This document shows positions 41,239-52,862 of a stretch of 64,000 nt of DNA, one piece after another. The notes beneath the pieces are model-generated. The model saw only the letters and a list, made by a program, of their open reading frames with translations, was not told the origin of the DNA and made no database searches. The translations under genes and the position numbers were made by a program. This DNA is from an uncultured delta proteobacterium (lineage in GTDB: Bacteria > Myxococcota_A > Polyangia > Fen-1088). The DNA is taken from positions 320,001 to 384,000 of the forward strand of contig CAWCMR010000008.1 in NCBI GenBank assembly GCA_963796685.1, read 5' to 3'. Every line of letters starts with the position of its first letter. Within the stretch, counting starts at the first letter, position 1.

Positions 41239-42679
41239 AGCGTAGCTTGCGGGCCGCCACGCCGGACATCTTGAGCAAGAGCCACCCGTGCTTCCAGCGC
41301 GAGATGTTGGTCTCGCCGTACACGCGCTCGCGGTAGCGAACCGGTATCTCGACGATCTTCAGATTCAACCTGGCCGCCCCGAAGATGAGATCGAAGTCGC
41401 CGAAGGGATCGAAGTCGCCGAACAGATCGCGCCCGGCCGCGATGCGCTCGTAGTCGCGCCGCCACAGGACCTTGGTGCCGCACAAGGTGTCTTTGATGGG
41501 CTGGCCGAGCAGATAGGTAAAGAGCTGGGAAAAGGCGATGTTGCCCAGCTTGTTGATGAAGCGCATGGCGCCGGGATCCATGGGATACACCAGGCGCGTG
41601 CCCTGCGCGTAGTCGCCGAGACCGCTTGCCAGTACGTCGTAGAAGACGGGCAGCTCCTCGGGCGGAACGGTCAGGTCGGCATCGAGGATCATGAGAATGT
41701 CCCCGGTGGCCTTGGAGAACCCCAACCGGACAGCGTCGGCCTTGCCCGTGCCCTGCTGCCGGTAGGCGCGAAGCTCGAGCGGGCCGCGGTAGTCCTTGAT
41801 GGCCGCGGCGATGTTTTGCCAAGTTCCATCCGTCGAGCCACCTTCGACAAAGATCAGCTCGGTTCGCGAGCCAAGCATCGGCGTGCGCGCGATGGCGCCC
41901 GCCACATTGCCCGCCTCGTTGCGCGTCGGCACGATGACGCTGACGCTGGCCAGGCGTGGCTCCGGCAGCATGTCCCGCCTGCGCAAGGCGTAGATTCGAT
42001 ACATCGACATGCGCTGCCAGCCCGGAAGCTTGCCCAGGTAGCGATTGAGCAAGGGCGCCAGCCCTGGGACCTCGGCGGGAAAGAGCATGCGGTCCTCGAA
42101 ACGGACCGACTCGAGCCCGACGATCCCGAACATGTTCTCGAAGTCGCTGTGCGAGAGCCAGTTCGAGGTCGGAGAGGGAAGCTTGAGCCCCGCCACCTCC
42201 GCCAGCCGGGTCGGCACCTCCCACAGATAGTTGTAGGCAATGAGGTACAGTCGTCCGCGCTCGCTCAGGCACGCGCGCAGCTTGACCAGCAAATCGCGCA
42301 CGTCGGCCACGCTGTGGCAAAGGCGGTTACAGATGACCGCATCGAACCGGCGGTGGGCTGGAAGACTGTCGAGGTCACCGTCTTCGATGACCAGGTCGGG
42401 AAAACGGCGACGCGCCTCCACGGCCACCTCGGGCAGCTGGGCGATGCCGACGCGTTCGCGGTTCGGCAGCGCCGCCAAGATCTCGCCGGTGCCACACCCC
42501 ACGTCGAGAACCGAGGCGTCGGGGGGGATGATTCGCGCAAGGGCTTCGCGCAAATCGCGCTCGAGGAAATCGCGCGCCTGGGGATGGGTCGGATTCTCGA
42601 AGGCCGCCCTGCGAAAATACGCCCGCCACTCCTCGGTAAGCCCGCGCATCCGCGGGTCGTTGGTTGGTTCCGAGCTCAC
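41231..42679 (-). CDS. Bifunctional methyltransferase / family 2 glycosyltransferase
   Basis: N-terminal VLDVGCGTG; C-terminal SVIVPTRNEAGN, ILDADLTVPPE, DTLCGTK and DPFGDFDL. Confidence 0.9.
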   Translation of the reverse strand: MSSEPTNDPRMRGLTEEWRAYFRRAAFENPTHPQARDFLERDLREALARIIPPDASVLDVGCGTGEILAALPNRERVGIAQLPEVAVEARRRFPDLVIEDGDLDSLPAHRRFDAVICNRLCHSVADVRDLLVKLRACLSERGRLYLIAYNYLWEVPTRLAEVAGLKLPSPTSNWLSHSDFENMFGIVGLESVRFEDRMLFPAEVPGLAPLLNRYLGKLPGWQRMSMYRIYALRRRDMLPEPRLASVSVIVPTRNEAGNVAGAIARTPMLGSRTELIFVEGGSTDGTWQNIAAAIKDYRGPLELRAYRQQGTGKADAVRLGFSKATGDILMILDADLTVPPEELPVFYDVLASGLGDYAQGTRLVYPMDPGAMRFINKLGNIAFSQLFTYLLGQPIKDTLCGTKVLWRRDYERIAAGRDLFGDFDPFGDFDLIFGAARLNLKIVEIPVRYRERVYGETNISRWKHGWLLLKMSGVAARKLRYV

Positions 42680-42688
42680 CCGGCGATT

Positions 42689-45430
<2,742 letters not shown>

Positions 45431-45555
45431 GCGGCTTCCGTACGCAGCGTCGAATCCACAGCGCTCGCCTTTCCGTTATCGACTACCCTGGTTGTCCAAG
45501 TCAAGCAAGTGAGTCCTGGCATAACATGGTTGGAACACGCGAGATTCCAGACATT

Positions 45556-45681
45556 CTCGTCTTGCTCGTCTTGCTCGTCTTGCTCGTCTTGCTCGTCTTG
45601 CTCGTCTTGCTCGTCTTGCTCGTCTTGCTCGTCTTGCTCGTCTTGCTCGTCTTGCTCGTCTTGCTCGTCTTGCTCGTCTTG
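45556..45681. repeat. Perfect 9-bp tandem repeat (CTCGTCTTG)x14
   Basis: 126 bp of uninterrupted units between the cyclophilin and kinase genes. Confidence 0.95.
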
Positions 45682-45703
45682 GGTCTTCTCGCCCTCCCTG
45701 CCG

Positions 45704-46186
45704 TTAGCCCTCTATCCAAACCCGCGTCATCTTGTCGCCCTTGCGGATCTTGTCCACGACCTCGATGCCGGAAATGACCTGGCCGAACACGGTGTGCTTG
45801 CGATCGAGGTGCGATTGCGGGCTGTGACAGATGAAAAACTGCGAACCGCCGGAGTCCGGCGCTGCAGTCTTCGCCATGGACAGCGATCCACGCAAGTGCA
45901 CTTGACGCTTTCCGGCAAGCTCGTCTTTGATGGTAAATCCGGGACCGCCCGAGCCATTGCCGAGCGGACAGCCACCCTGGATCATGAAATCGTCTATGAC
46001 CCGGTGGAAGGTCAGCCCGTCATAGTAGGGACGCTTCACCTTCTGGCCGCTCTTGGGATCCTTCCACTCCTTGGTTCCCTGAGCAAGGCCGACGAAATTG
46101 GCCACCGTACCTGGGGCGTCGTCCTCGAAGAGCTCGACGACGATCTCACCTGCGCTGGTTTCGAAATGTGCTTTCTTCATGGTCAC
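45704..46186 (-). CDS. Cyclophilin-type peptidyl-prolyl isomerase
   Basis: [35 protein letters not shown] and [12 protein letters not shown]. Confidence 0.96.
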   Translation of the reverse strand: MTMKKAHFETSAGEIVVELFEDDAPGTVANFVGLAQGTKEWKDPKSGQKVKRPYYDGLTFHRVIDDFMIQGGCPLGNGSGGPGFTIKDELAGKRQVHLRGSLSMAKTAAPDSGGSQFFICHSPQSHLDRKHTVFGQVISGIEVVDKIRKGDKMTRVWIEG

Positions 46187-46378
46187 ACCTTAACCTGGAA
46201 AAGGCTCCGGCTGTAGGGCCGGAGGCTACTTTGCACGCTGGCATTGCACCCCTGGGTCACGCAACCAAAATCGGCCGTGCTCCGATAAGAGGCAAGGGGG
46301 CAGCATGCCAACGGGTCTCGTTTCTGGATCGATGTCATCCACGGCCGCCGGCGGCTGTGCTAAGCTGGAGCGCGGTCC

Positions 46379-46759
46379 ATGAAGATTTCGCGAACTTCAC
46401 CGCTCGATCGGGCCGGCTTGCCGGGCAAGGCAGGGGTCGACGGCGCCGCCGGGAAGAGCTTCGAGGCCAAGCTCGGGGCCGCAAAGGCCGAGGGCGCATC
46501 CAAGGCGCCTGTCGCGGCCGGTAAATCCGCGCAGACGGGAAGAGCGCTTCCGGTTTCGGACATCGGGGCCGATCTCAAAGCCGGCAAGCTGACGCCCCAG
46601 GCTGCCCTCGACAAGGTGATAGAGCGCGTGCTTGACCGTCAGGTGGGTCGCAAGGCAGGGGCCGAAGTCAGGCAGAAGATCGGGACCGCGCTGCGCGAGA
46701 GCCTGGCCGACGATCCCTTCCTGGCGGCCAAAATCCGCGCCCTCGGCCAAGAAGAGTAG
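46379..46759 (+). CDS. Hypothetical protein
   Basis: 126-aa ORF with GC3-rich codons; low-complexity N-terminus and helical C-terminus. Confidence 0.6.
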   Translation: MKISRTSPLDRAGLPGKAGVDGAAGKSFEAKLGAAKAEGASKAPVAAGKSAQTGRALPVSDIGADLKAGKLTPQAALDKVIERVLDRQVGRKAGAEVRQKIGTALRESLADDPFLAAKIRALGQEE

Positions 46760-46762
46760 CGA

Positions 46763-47047
46763 CTACACCAGCTTGGTCAGGGTGGCGCGACGTTGCGAGA
46801 CCATCTCGCGCACCTTGGGTGGCAGGAAGATGGCGTCCGTGTCCATGGTCGCGAGCGCATCGCACAAGATGGAGGCGCGTTCGGACGGCGCGGTTTTCTT
46901 GTCGATGATCACGCACCAGTCGCCTTTGATCTTGCACAATCCGCCGCCGCCGGTCGGGCCCGACGCGACCAGGGTCTCGTAGCGAACCTTGACGCCAAGC
47001 TGTTGGGCCGCGGTTTCCAGGATCTCGGTGAGTTGCTCTGCTTTCAT
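46763..47047 (-). CDS. Small conserved hypothetical protein
   Basis: LGVKVRYE...GGLCKIKG...IIDK...IFLPPKVRE; coupled to the upstream kinase. Confidence 0.75.
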   Translation of the reverse strand: MKAEQLTEILETAAQQLGVKVRYETLVASGPTGGGGLCKIKGDWCVIIDKKTAPSERASILCDALATMDTDAIFLPPKVREMVSQRRATLTKLV

Positions 47048-48186
47048 CGCGTTTGCTTCTCTGTCTTCTCGGAGCCAGTCGATGCGACGCCGCCGACATT
47101 GCCGATCTTGCCGACCCCGCCGGTGCCGAGCGGGAGCGAGACCACGAAGGTCGTGCCGCCGCCGGGTTTCGATTCGAAGGTGATGTCCCCACCGTGGGCG
47201 AGAACGATGTTCTTTACCACGGGAAGGCCCAGGCCTGTGCCTCTACCCGCTGGCTTGGTGGTGAAGAAGGGCTCGAACACCCGCCCCCGATCCTCCTCGC
47301 GGATGCCTTCGCCGTCGTCCGACACCGCCAATCCAACGCGCCCCGGTGCATCGCTGAACGTCCGCACCACGACGCATCCACCTTCGTCGGCCAGCGCTTG
47401 TGCGGCATTGCTGACCAGGTTCGTCACCACCTGCATGATGTGGTCGCGCACCACGCGAACACGTGGCAGGTCGGGCGCCAGCTCGCGCGTCAGGTTCGCC
47501 TTTGCCTCGTAAAGGACGTGCTCGCAGAAGGACATCGCGTGCTCCACGACCTCGTTCAGGTTGACTTCCTCGATTTCGCGGCCGGATGGACGTGCGTAGG
47601 TGGTGAGGTCGCGCGAAAATTTGCGGATGCGTTCGGCGCCCTCGCGGATCTTCTTCAGCCGCTCCACGTCGGTCGGCTCGTACTGGTTGGGCACCCTGCC
47701 CTCGAGCGCGAGGGTCGCTTTGCGTAGCACGGCCTCTACGCACATCTGGACCGAGGTCAGAGGGTTGTTGATTTCGTGTGCCACGCCCGCGGCAATCTGC
47801 CCGACGGTGGCCAGTTTCTCCGCGTGGAGGACCTGGCTTTGCAATGCGCGCAAGGAAGTCAGATCGTGCCCCGCCGCCATGACGGCCAGGGGAGCTCCGT
47901 CGTCGCCGTGCACGGGAAGCACGCTGAAGGCAGCCGCGGCCATCGACCCCGAGACGCCAGGCAAACGGACCTCGCAGCGAAGCGGCTCGCGTCGGATTGC
48001 GACCTGTCCCATGATGTCCGCCAAATCGCGGACTCCGAACCCGGTGAGCCACTCGGACAAGTTCCTGCCCACGCCGTCGGAGCCGGCACATCCGGTCAAC
48101 GTGTCCAGGGCGCGATTCCAAACCACGAGCCGGCCTTCGAGATCGGTCATGGCGATGAGGACGTCGGCCTCGGCCATCATCTGCAC
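47044..48186 (-). CDS. PAS-domain sensor histidine kinase
   Basis: PAS domain, EKLATVGQIAAGVAHEINNP, QVVTNLVSNA and FEPFFTTK..GRGTGLGL; start uncertain. Confidence 0.92.
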   Translation of the reverse strand: MQMMAEADVLIAMTDLEGRLVVWNRALDTLTGCAGSDGVGRNLSEWLTGFGVRDLADIMGQVAIRREPLRCEVRLPGVSGSMAAAAFSVLPVHGDDGAPLAVMAAGHDLTSLRALQSQVLHAEKLATVGQIAAGVAHEINNPLTSVQMCVEAVLRKATLALEGRVPNQYEPTDVERLKKIREGAERIRKFSRDLTTYARPSGREIEEVNLNEVVEHAMSFCEHVLYEAKANLTRELAPDLPRVRVVRDHIMQVVTNLVSNAAQALADEGGCVVVRTFSDAPGRVGLAVSDDGEGIREEDRGRVFEPFFTTKPAGRGTGLGLPVVKNIVLAHGGDITFESKPGGGTTFVVSLPLGTGGVGKIGNVGGVASTGSEKTEKQTR

Positions 48187-48267
48187 CAGGCCCGCCGCGA
48201 GAATCCGGGCCCGCGGCTCTGTCGCGCCCCGACTTCGTGGAGTTGGCCTTCGGCTTGTGCGCTGGCA

Positions 48268-49701
48268 TCAGGTCCGATTTCCACGCCTCGCACGGGTGCG
48301 AACCCGCGAGGGGCTCTTGCGAGCTCCCGGCTCGCCCCCAGTCGGCCGAAACCCGCCTGGGCTCGCCCGTCCCTGCAGCAGCGCCAGGGTCGCCGCACCG
48401 GCCTCGTCAACGACCCTTCGCACCGCCACCTTGGCGCGCAGGGCGAGCTTGCGACAATCCTCGAATTCCGGGGTGGCGCCCAAGATCTCGCCCGACCGCG
48501 ATGCCACCTTCACCCGCACCTCGCCAAAGGAAGTCCTGACCGAGGCCTGGGCGCGTTCGAGCACGGTTCGCTGCATGACCTGGCGGCGCAAACCGATGGT
48601 CGTGGAATTGGCGAAGAAAGCTTCCTCGATGGCGGACAAGGCTGCCCGCGCGCAAAGCGCCGACACCTCGATGGCCGGGCGCCCCTTCTTCATCTGGATG
48701 GGCGAAAGCCACGCGTCGAGCGCGCCCGCGGCAAACAGAGCGGTCATGAGCGGATCGGCGAGTTGCGGATTCATGTCGTCGATGTTGGCGGCGACCAGCA
48801 CGACCTCGCCCTCGGACGCGGGCAACGCCTGTCCCAAGGGTTCGCCCAGGATCACGCGCAGCACATTCGGCCGGTCGGCGTGCTCGCGCGTGCCCGCGCC
48901 AAAGCCCTGCGCACGGATACGCATGGGCGGCGGCGGACCGAAGGACTGCACGACGGCCGCGAGAATCGCGGCACCTGTCGGCGTGGTCAATTCGCCCGAC
49001 CCTTCGGCGAGAACCGGCAGCCCACGCAAGATCGCGACTGTCGCTGGCGCCGGCACCGGCATGACCCCGTGGGCCGTGTGGATCGTTCCCGATCCGAGGG
49101 TGGGCGGCGACGCCGTGATCGCCGACGGCGCCAGCCAGGCCAGCGCCGCCGAAGCCCCCACGATGTCGGCGATGGAGTCCCACGCCCCAACCTCGTGAAA
49201 CGCCACTTCGTCTACGGTCATTCCATGCAGCGCCGCCTCGGCCACCGCGATGCGCTCGAAGATGTCCTCCGCCAACTTCCTCGCCTTGACATCCAACCCC
49301 GCGCGCCTGAGCAAGCGTCGAATCTCGGCATAATCGCGGTGCTCATGTGCATGCTCGTGGCCGTGGTCGTGGCCGTGCTCATGCTCGTGGCCGTTGCCGT
49401 GGCCGTGGCCGTGGTCGTGGCCGTGGCCGTGGTCGTGGCCGTGGCCGTGGCCGTGGTCGTGCCCGTGCCCAACCACCCTCCCAGGGAAATCCACATCGAA
49501 CCCCAACCCGACAAAAGCGCCCCTCTTCCTCCGCTCGAGCCCGACCTTCAGCCCCTTCAATCCCACCGCGCGGACGGCATCCAGCACGACGTTCTCAGGC
49601 ACCCCGGCGTCGACCAACGCCGCCACGGTCATGTCGCCCGCCACGCCCGAGCATGGATCGAAGTGAAGGTGCAGCCCTTGGACGATTGGCGCGGCCGTCA
49701 C
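48268..49701 (-). CDS. larC: Nickel insertase LarC with His-rich insert
   Basis: FDPCSGVAGDM, AEAALHG....VAFHEVGAWDSIADIVG, HGVMPVPAPAT, ELTTPTGAA, MKKGRP and PEFED; GTG start at 49701. Confidence 0.95.
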   Translation of the reverse strand: MTAAPIVQGLHLHFDPCSGVAGDMTVAALVDAGVPENVVLDAVRAVGLKGLKVGLERRKRGAFVGLGFDVDFPGRVVGHGHDHGHGHGHDHGHGHDHGHGHGNGHEHEHGHDHGHEHAHEHRDYAEIRRLLRRAGLDVKARKLAEDIFERIAVAEAALHGMTVDEVAFHEVGAWDSIADIVGASAALAWLAPSAITASPPTLGSGTIHTAHGVMPVPAPATVAILRGLPVLAEGSGELTTPTGAAILAAVVQSFGPPPPMRIRAQGFGAGTREHADRPNVLRVILGEPLGQALPASEGEVVLVAANIDDMNPQLADPLMTALFAAGALDAWLSPIQMKKGRPAIEVSALCARAALSAIEEAFFANSTTIGLRRQVMQRTVLERAQASVRTSFGEVRVKVASRSGEILGATPEFEDCRKLALRAKVAVRRVVDEAGAATLALLQGRASPGGFRPTGGEPGARKSPSRVRTRARRGNRT

Positions 49702-50453
49702 GCGCGCTCCCGGTTGAGCAGGGATGCCATGCGACCGGCACCGAAGCCATTGTCGATGTTCACCACCGCCACGCCCGTGGCGCACGAATTGAGCATGGTG
49801 AGCAGCGCCGAAATTCCACCCATCGATGCGCCGTAGCCGATGCTGGTGGGCACGGCAATCACGGGACGCGAAAACAGGCCCGCCACCACGGTGGGAAGAA
49901 CCCCATCCATGCCTGCCACGACCACCAGCACTTCCGCCTTTTCGACGGTCTCGCGATGCGCGAGCAAGCGATGCAAGCCCGACACACCGACATCGAAGAT
50001 CCGCACCACGCGGTTGCCGTCGAGCTCGGCCGTGACCGCCGCTTCCTCGGCGACGGGAATGTCCGCCGTGCCCGCCGAGAGCACGGCAATGGCGCCACGA
50101 CCCCGCGTCGGCACTGTCTCCGGCCCCAACGCCACGATGCGGGCCCCTTCCAGGTAGCGCGCCGCGGGGACCAGCGCAAGCACCTCCGCCGCGACCTCGC
50201 GGGATATCCGGGTCGCCATGACCATGGCTCCGTCCCGGCCGAGCTCGCCAAGCAGGCTGGCGATCTGGGAGGGCGTCTTGCCGGTGCCGAAGATCACCTC
50301 GGGAAATCCGGTGCGCAAATGGCGATGGGTATCCGCGTGGGCGAAACCGAGCGAACGAAAGGGCAGATCGCGCAACTCGGCCATGGCTTGGTCCACGCCG
50401 GTTTGACCACCTTGCACGGATTCGAGCAGGGCACGTAGGTGTTCTGGATTCAC
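49698..50453 (-). CDS. larB: NPN cofactor biosynthesis protein LarB
   Basis: DTHRHLRTGFPEVIF, AGTADIPVAEEA, DVGVSGLHRL, AVPTSIGYG and VVNIDNGFGA. Confidence 0.95.
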   Translation of the reverse strand: MNPEHLRALLESVQGGQTGVDQAMAELRDLPFRSLGFAHADTHRHLRTGFPEVIFGTGKTPSQIASLLGELGRDGAMVMATRISREVAAEVLALVPAARYLEGARIVALGPETVPTRGRGAIAVLSAGTADIPVAEEAAVTAELDGNRVVRIFDVGVSGLHRLLAHRETVEKAEVLVVVAGMDGVLPTVVAGLFSRPVIAVPTSIGYGASMGGISALLTMLNSCATGVAVVNIDNGFGAGRMASLLNRERA

Positions 50454-50500
50454 GGGGTCACCTTATCAGACTTGGGGGCACCATCCATCCATCGCGGTCG

Positions 50501-52015
50501 TCAACCGCCTGCGCTCTTTCCCTCGTCGTCGAGCGCGCGGGCCTCGTAAATGACCCGCGTCCTGGCGGCGTGGTCGTGTAGAGCCTGCCGGTCGCGGTCC
50601 ACGAGGGCGAACAGGAATCCCGCCAGCCATGGAATGGCGACGATGAGATTGGGCACCAGCATGGTACGCAGAAGCGCGTTCACGCTGCGATCCCAAAGTG
50701 GCATGGGGCTCGCCCCAAGACCTCCCATCACCCGCTCCTTGACCTCCACAAGGTTGGTCACGGCCCCGATCTGTAGACTGATGATGGCCAGCGCCGCAAG
50801 AGGGCCCCAAAACTCGACGACGAAGCGCAGAAGCAGTCCGGGCACGCGCACACGCCGGGTGGTTCCCACCACGTGCAGCCCGAGCAATCGCTTGCCGAGG
50901 GTCTTGCCCCACAGGCGGTGCGTGAGGATGTAATAGCTGCCGAAGAGCGCCAGCCAGATCTGGGTGGCCGCCTGCTGCGACCACGACAGCGTCGCGGCGA
51001 TGATCTGCCCGAGCGGCGCGAAGATCATCAAATCGATGGCCAACGCCACCCCGCGCGGCAAGAGACCGCCTGCCACGCGCGGCCGGGGCCGCACCGATTC
51101 CAATCGCGTGAGGAGCGTGTCGTAGCTCTGCGGTCGCTTGTGCGGGTCGGGATCCATCATCTCGGCAATGAGCTGGCGCAAGCGCCAGGGCGCGACCTCG
51201 TCGCCTATCTCGGGCCGCGCGGCCGTGCGATGCAACTCGGACATGGCGTCGAGGTTGTCGGCCTTGAAGGGCACTTTGCCGGTCAGAAGCTCGTAGAAGG
51301 TGATGGCCAGGGTATAGATATCGCTGCGCAGGTCGGGCGCGGCGCCAGCGATTTGTTCGGGCGCCGCATAGTACGGCGTGCCCACGAATCTGCCCGCCGC
51401 CTTCTCGTCGGACGTGGCCAAGCCGAAGTCCGCGACCTTGACCTCGGCCCGCTGGGCGCCCGCGGGAATGTCGCCCAGCAAGATATTCGAGGGCTTGATG
51501 TCACGGTGGATCATCCCCCGCGCATGAGCCGTGGCCAGGGCGCGCGCGGTCTGGATTACATATTCGAGGGCATCTCCCCAATCGAGAGGACCGTGCTCCT
51601 CGAGCACCTCCGCCAGAGTCCGGCCGTGCACGTACTCCATCACGAAGTAGGAGGCGCCTTCGAAATTGCCGATATAGTAGATGGTGACGACGTTGGGGTG
51701 CTGCAGGCGCGCCTGAGCCCGGCCTTCGTCCACCAGGCGCGACATCAAGGTCGGGTTGTCGGCCAGCTCGTGGCGCAAGAGCTTGAGCGCCACCGGTCGG
51801 TTGAGCGACAAATCGTGGGCTAGGTACACGCGGCCCATGCCGCCTTCGCCCAGCAGTCCGCGCACCTCGAAGTGGTCGATATGCTTGCCGATGAGAGGGT
51901 CTTGGCCCTCATCCTTGCTGGCCACGGGCGGACGTTCGGCATCGTAGGCCGTGGCGGCAAACGCGCGCCCGGCGCTCGGCGTCTCTTGCACGGTTTTGGC
52001 CTCGGACCATGCCAT
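50501..52015 (-). CDS. Ser/Thr protein kinase fused to an RDD domain
   Basis: LGEGGMGRVY, HRDIKPSN, DFGLA and GTPYYAAPEQ; C-terminal R..A..ID, GKTLGKRLLGL and RQALHDHAARTRV (RDD). Confidence 0.9.
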   Translation of the reverse strand: MAWSEAKTVQETPSAGRAFAATAYDAERPPVASKDEGQDPLIGKHIDHFEVRGLLGEGGMGRVYLAHDLSLNRPVALKLLRHELADNPTLMSRLVDEGRAQARLQHPNVVTIYYIGNFEGASYFVMEYVHGRTLAEVLEEHGPLDWGDALEYVIQTARALATAHARGMIHRDIKPSNILLGDIPAGAQRAEVKVADFGLATSDEKAAGRFVGTPYYAAPEQIAGAAPDLRSDIYTLAITFYELLTGKVPFKADNLDAMSELHRTAARPEIGDEVAPWRLRQLIAEMMDPDPHKRPQSYDTLLTRLESVRPRPRVAGGLLPRGVALAIDLMIFAPLGQIIAATLSWSQQAATQIWLALFGSYYILTHRLWGKTLGKRLLGLHVVGTTRRVRVPGLLLRFVVEFWGPLAALAIISLQIGAVTNLVEVKERVMGGLGASPMPLWDRSVNALLRTMLVPNLIVAIPWLAGFLFALVDRDRQALHDHAARTRVIYEARALDDEGKSAGG

Positions 52016-52172
52016 CGGACGCCGAGCATATCCCCACCGGCCGCGCGGCGCACGTCCATCGTCAGGTCCGGGCTTTGGTCGCCGGTTCCGGCTGACAGGA
52101 CCGAGTGCACCAAGCGCGGCGGCGAATCGCGCCGGCCTTGACCGGCATCAAACTGACCTGGAGGCCCATGGA

Positions 52173-52862
52173 ATGAGGGTTCTGGTCATCGATATCGGCG
52201 GAACCCACGTGAAGGTCCTGGCCACCGGCCGCCGGCAGCGGGTCGAGTTCCCATCCGGGCCGACCATGACCCCCGCGAAGATGGTGACCGAGGTGCGAAC
52301 CGCGACCAGCGACTGGAAGTACGAGGCAGTATCGATCGGATACCCTGGGCCCGTCGTCCATGGTCGTATCTTGGCCGAGCCGCACAACCTCGGGTACGGA
52401 TGGGTCGGCTTCGACTTCAAGAAAGCCTTTGGCCAGCGGCCGACCAAAATCATCAACGACGCCGCGATGCAGGCACTGGCAAGCTACCAAGGGGGCAGGA
52501 TGCTCTTTCTCGGTTTGGGAACCGGCCTTGGCTCCGCGCTCATCGTCGACGGCGTTCTCGAGCCGATGGAGCTGGCGCACCTCCCGTACAAGAAGGGCCT
52601 GACCTACGAAGACTACGTTGGGCTGGCCGGACTCAAGCGCCTGGGAAAGAAGAAATGGCGCCACCACGTAGGCGAGGTCGTCAAGCTGCTCAGGAACGCC
52701 CTGGAGGTGGACGACATCGTGCTTGGTGGCGGCAACGCCAGGTTGCTCAAGGAGCTGCCCCCCGGTTCTCGTCTGGGCAGCAACGCCAACGCGTTTCTGG
52801 GCGGGTATCGCCTTTGGTCAAAGGCAGGTGCAGTGTCGACGAAGGAGCGCTTTGTCCACTAA
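52173..52862 (+). CDS. ROK-family kinase (polyphosphate glucokinase-like)
   Basis: VIDIGGTHVK, SIGYPG, INDAAMQA, LGLGTGLGSA and MELAHL. Confidence 0.88.
   Translation: MRVLVIDIGGTHVKVLATGRRQRVEFPSGPTMTPAKMVTEVRTATSDWKYEAVSIGYPGPVVHGRILAEPHNLGYGWVGFDFKKAFGQRPTKIINDAAMQALASYQGGRMLFLGLGTGLGSALIVDGVLEPMELAHLPYKKGLTYEDYVGLAGLKRLGKKKWRHHVGEVVKLLRNALEVDDIVLGGGNARLLKELPPGSRLGSNANAFLGGYRLWSKAGAVSTKERFVH

Noticed and set aside
49343-49470. GTGGCC-type hexamer repeats as a separate repeat element
   Set aside because: They encode the His-rich nickel-binding tract typical of LarC.
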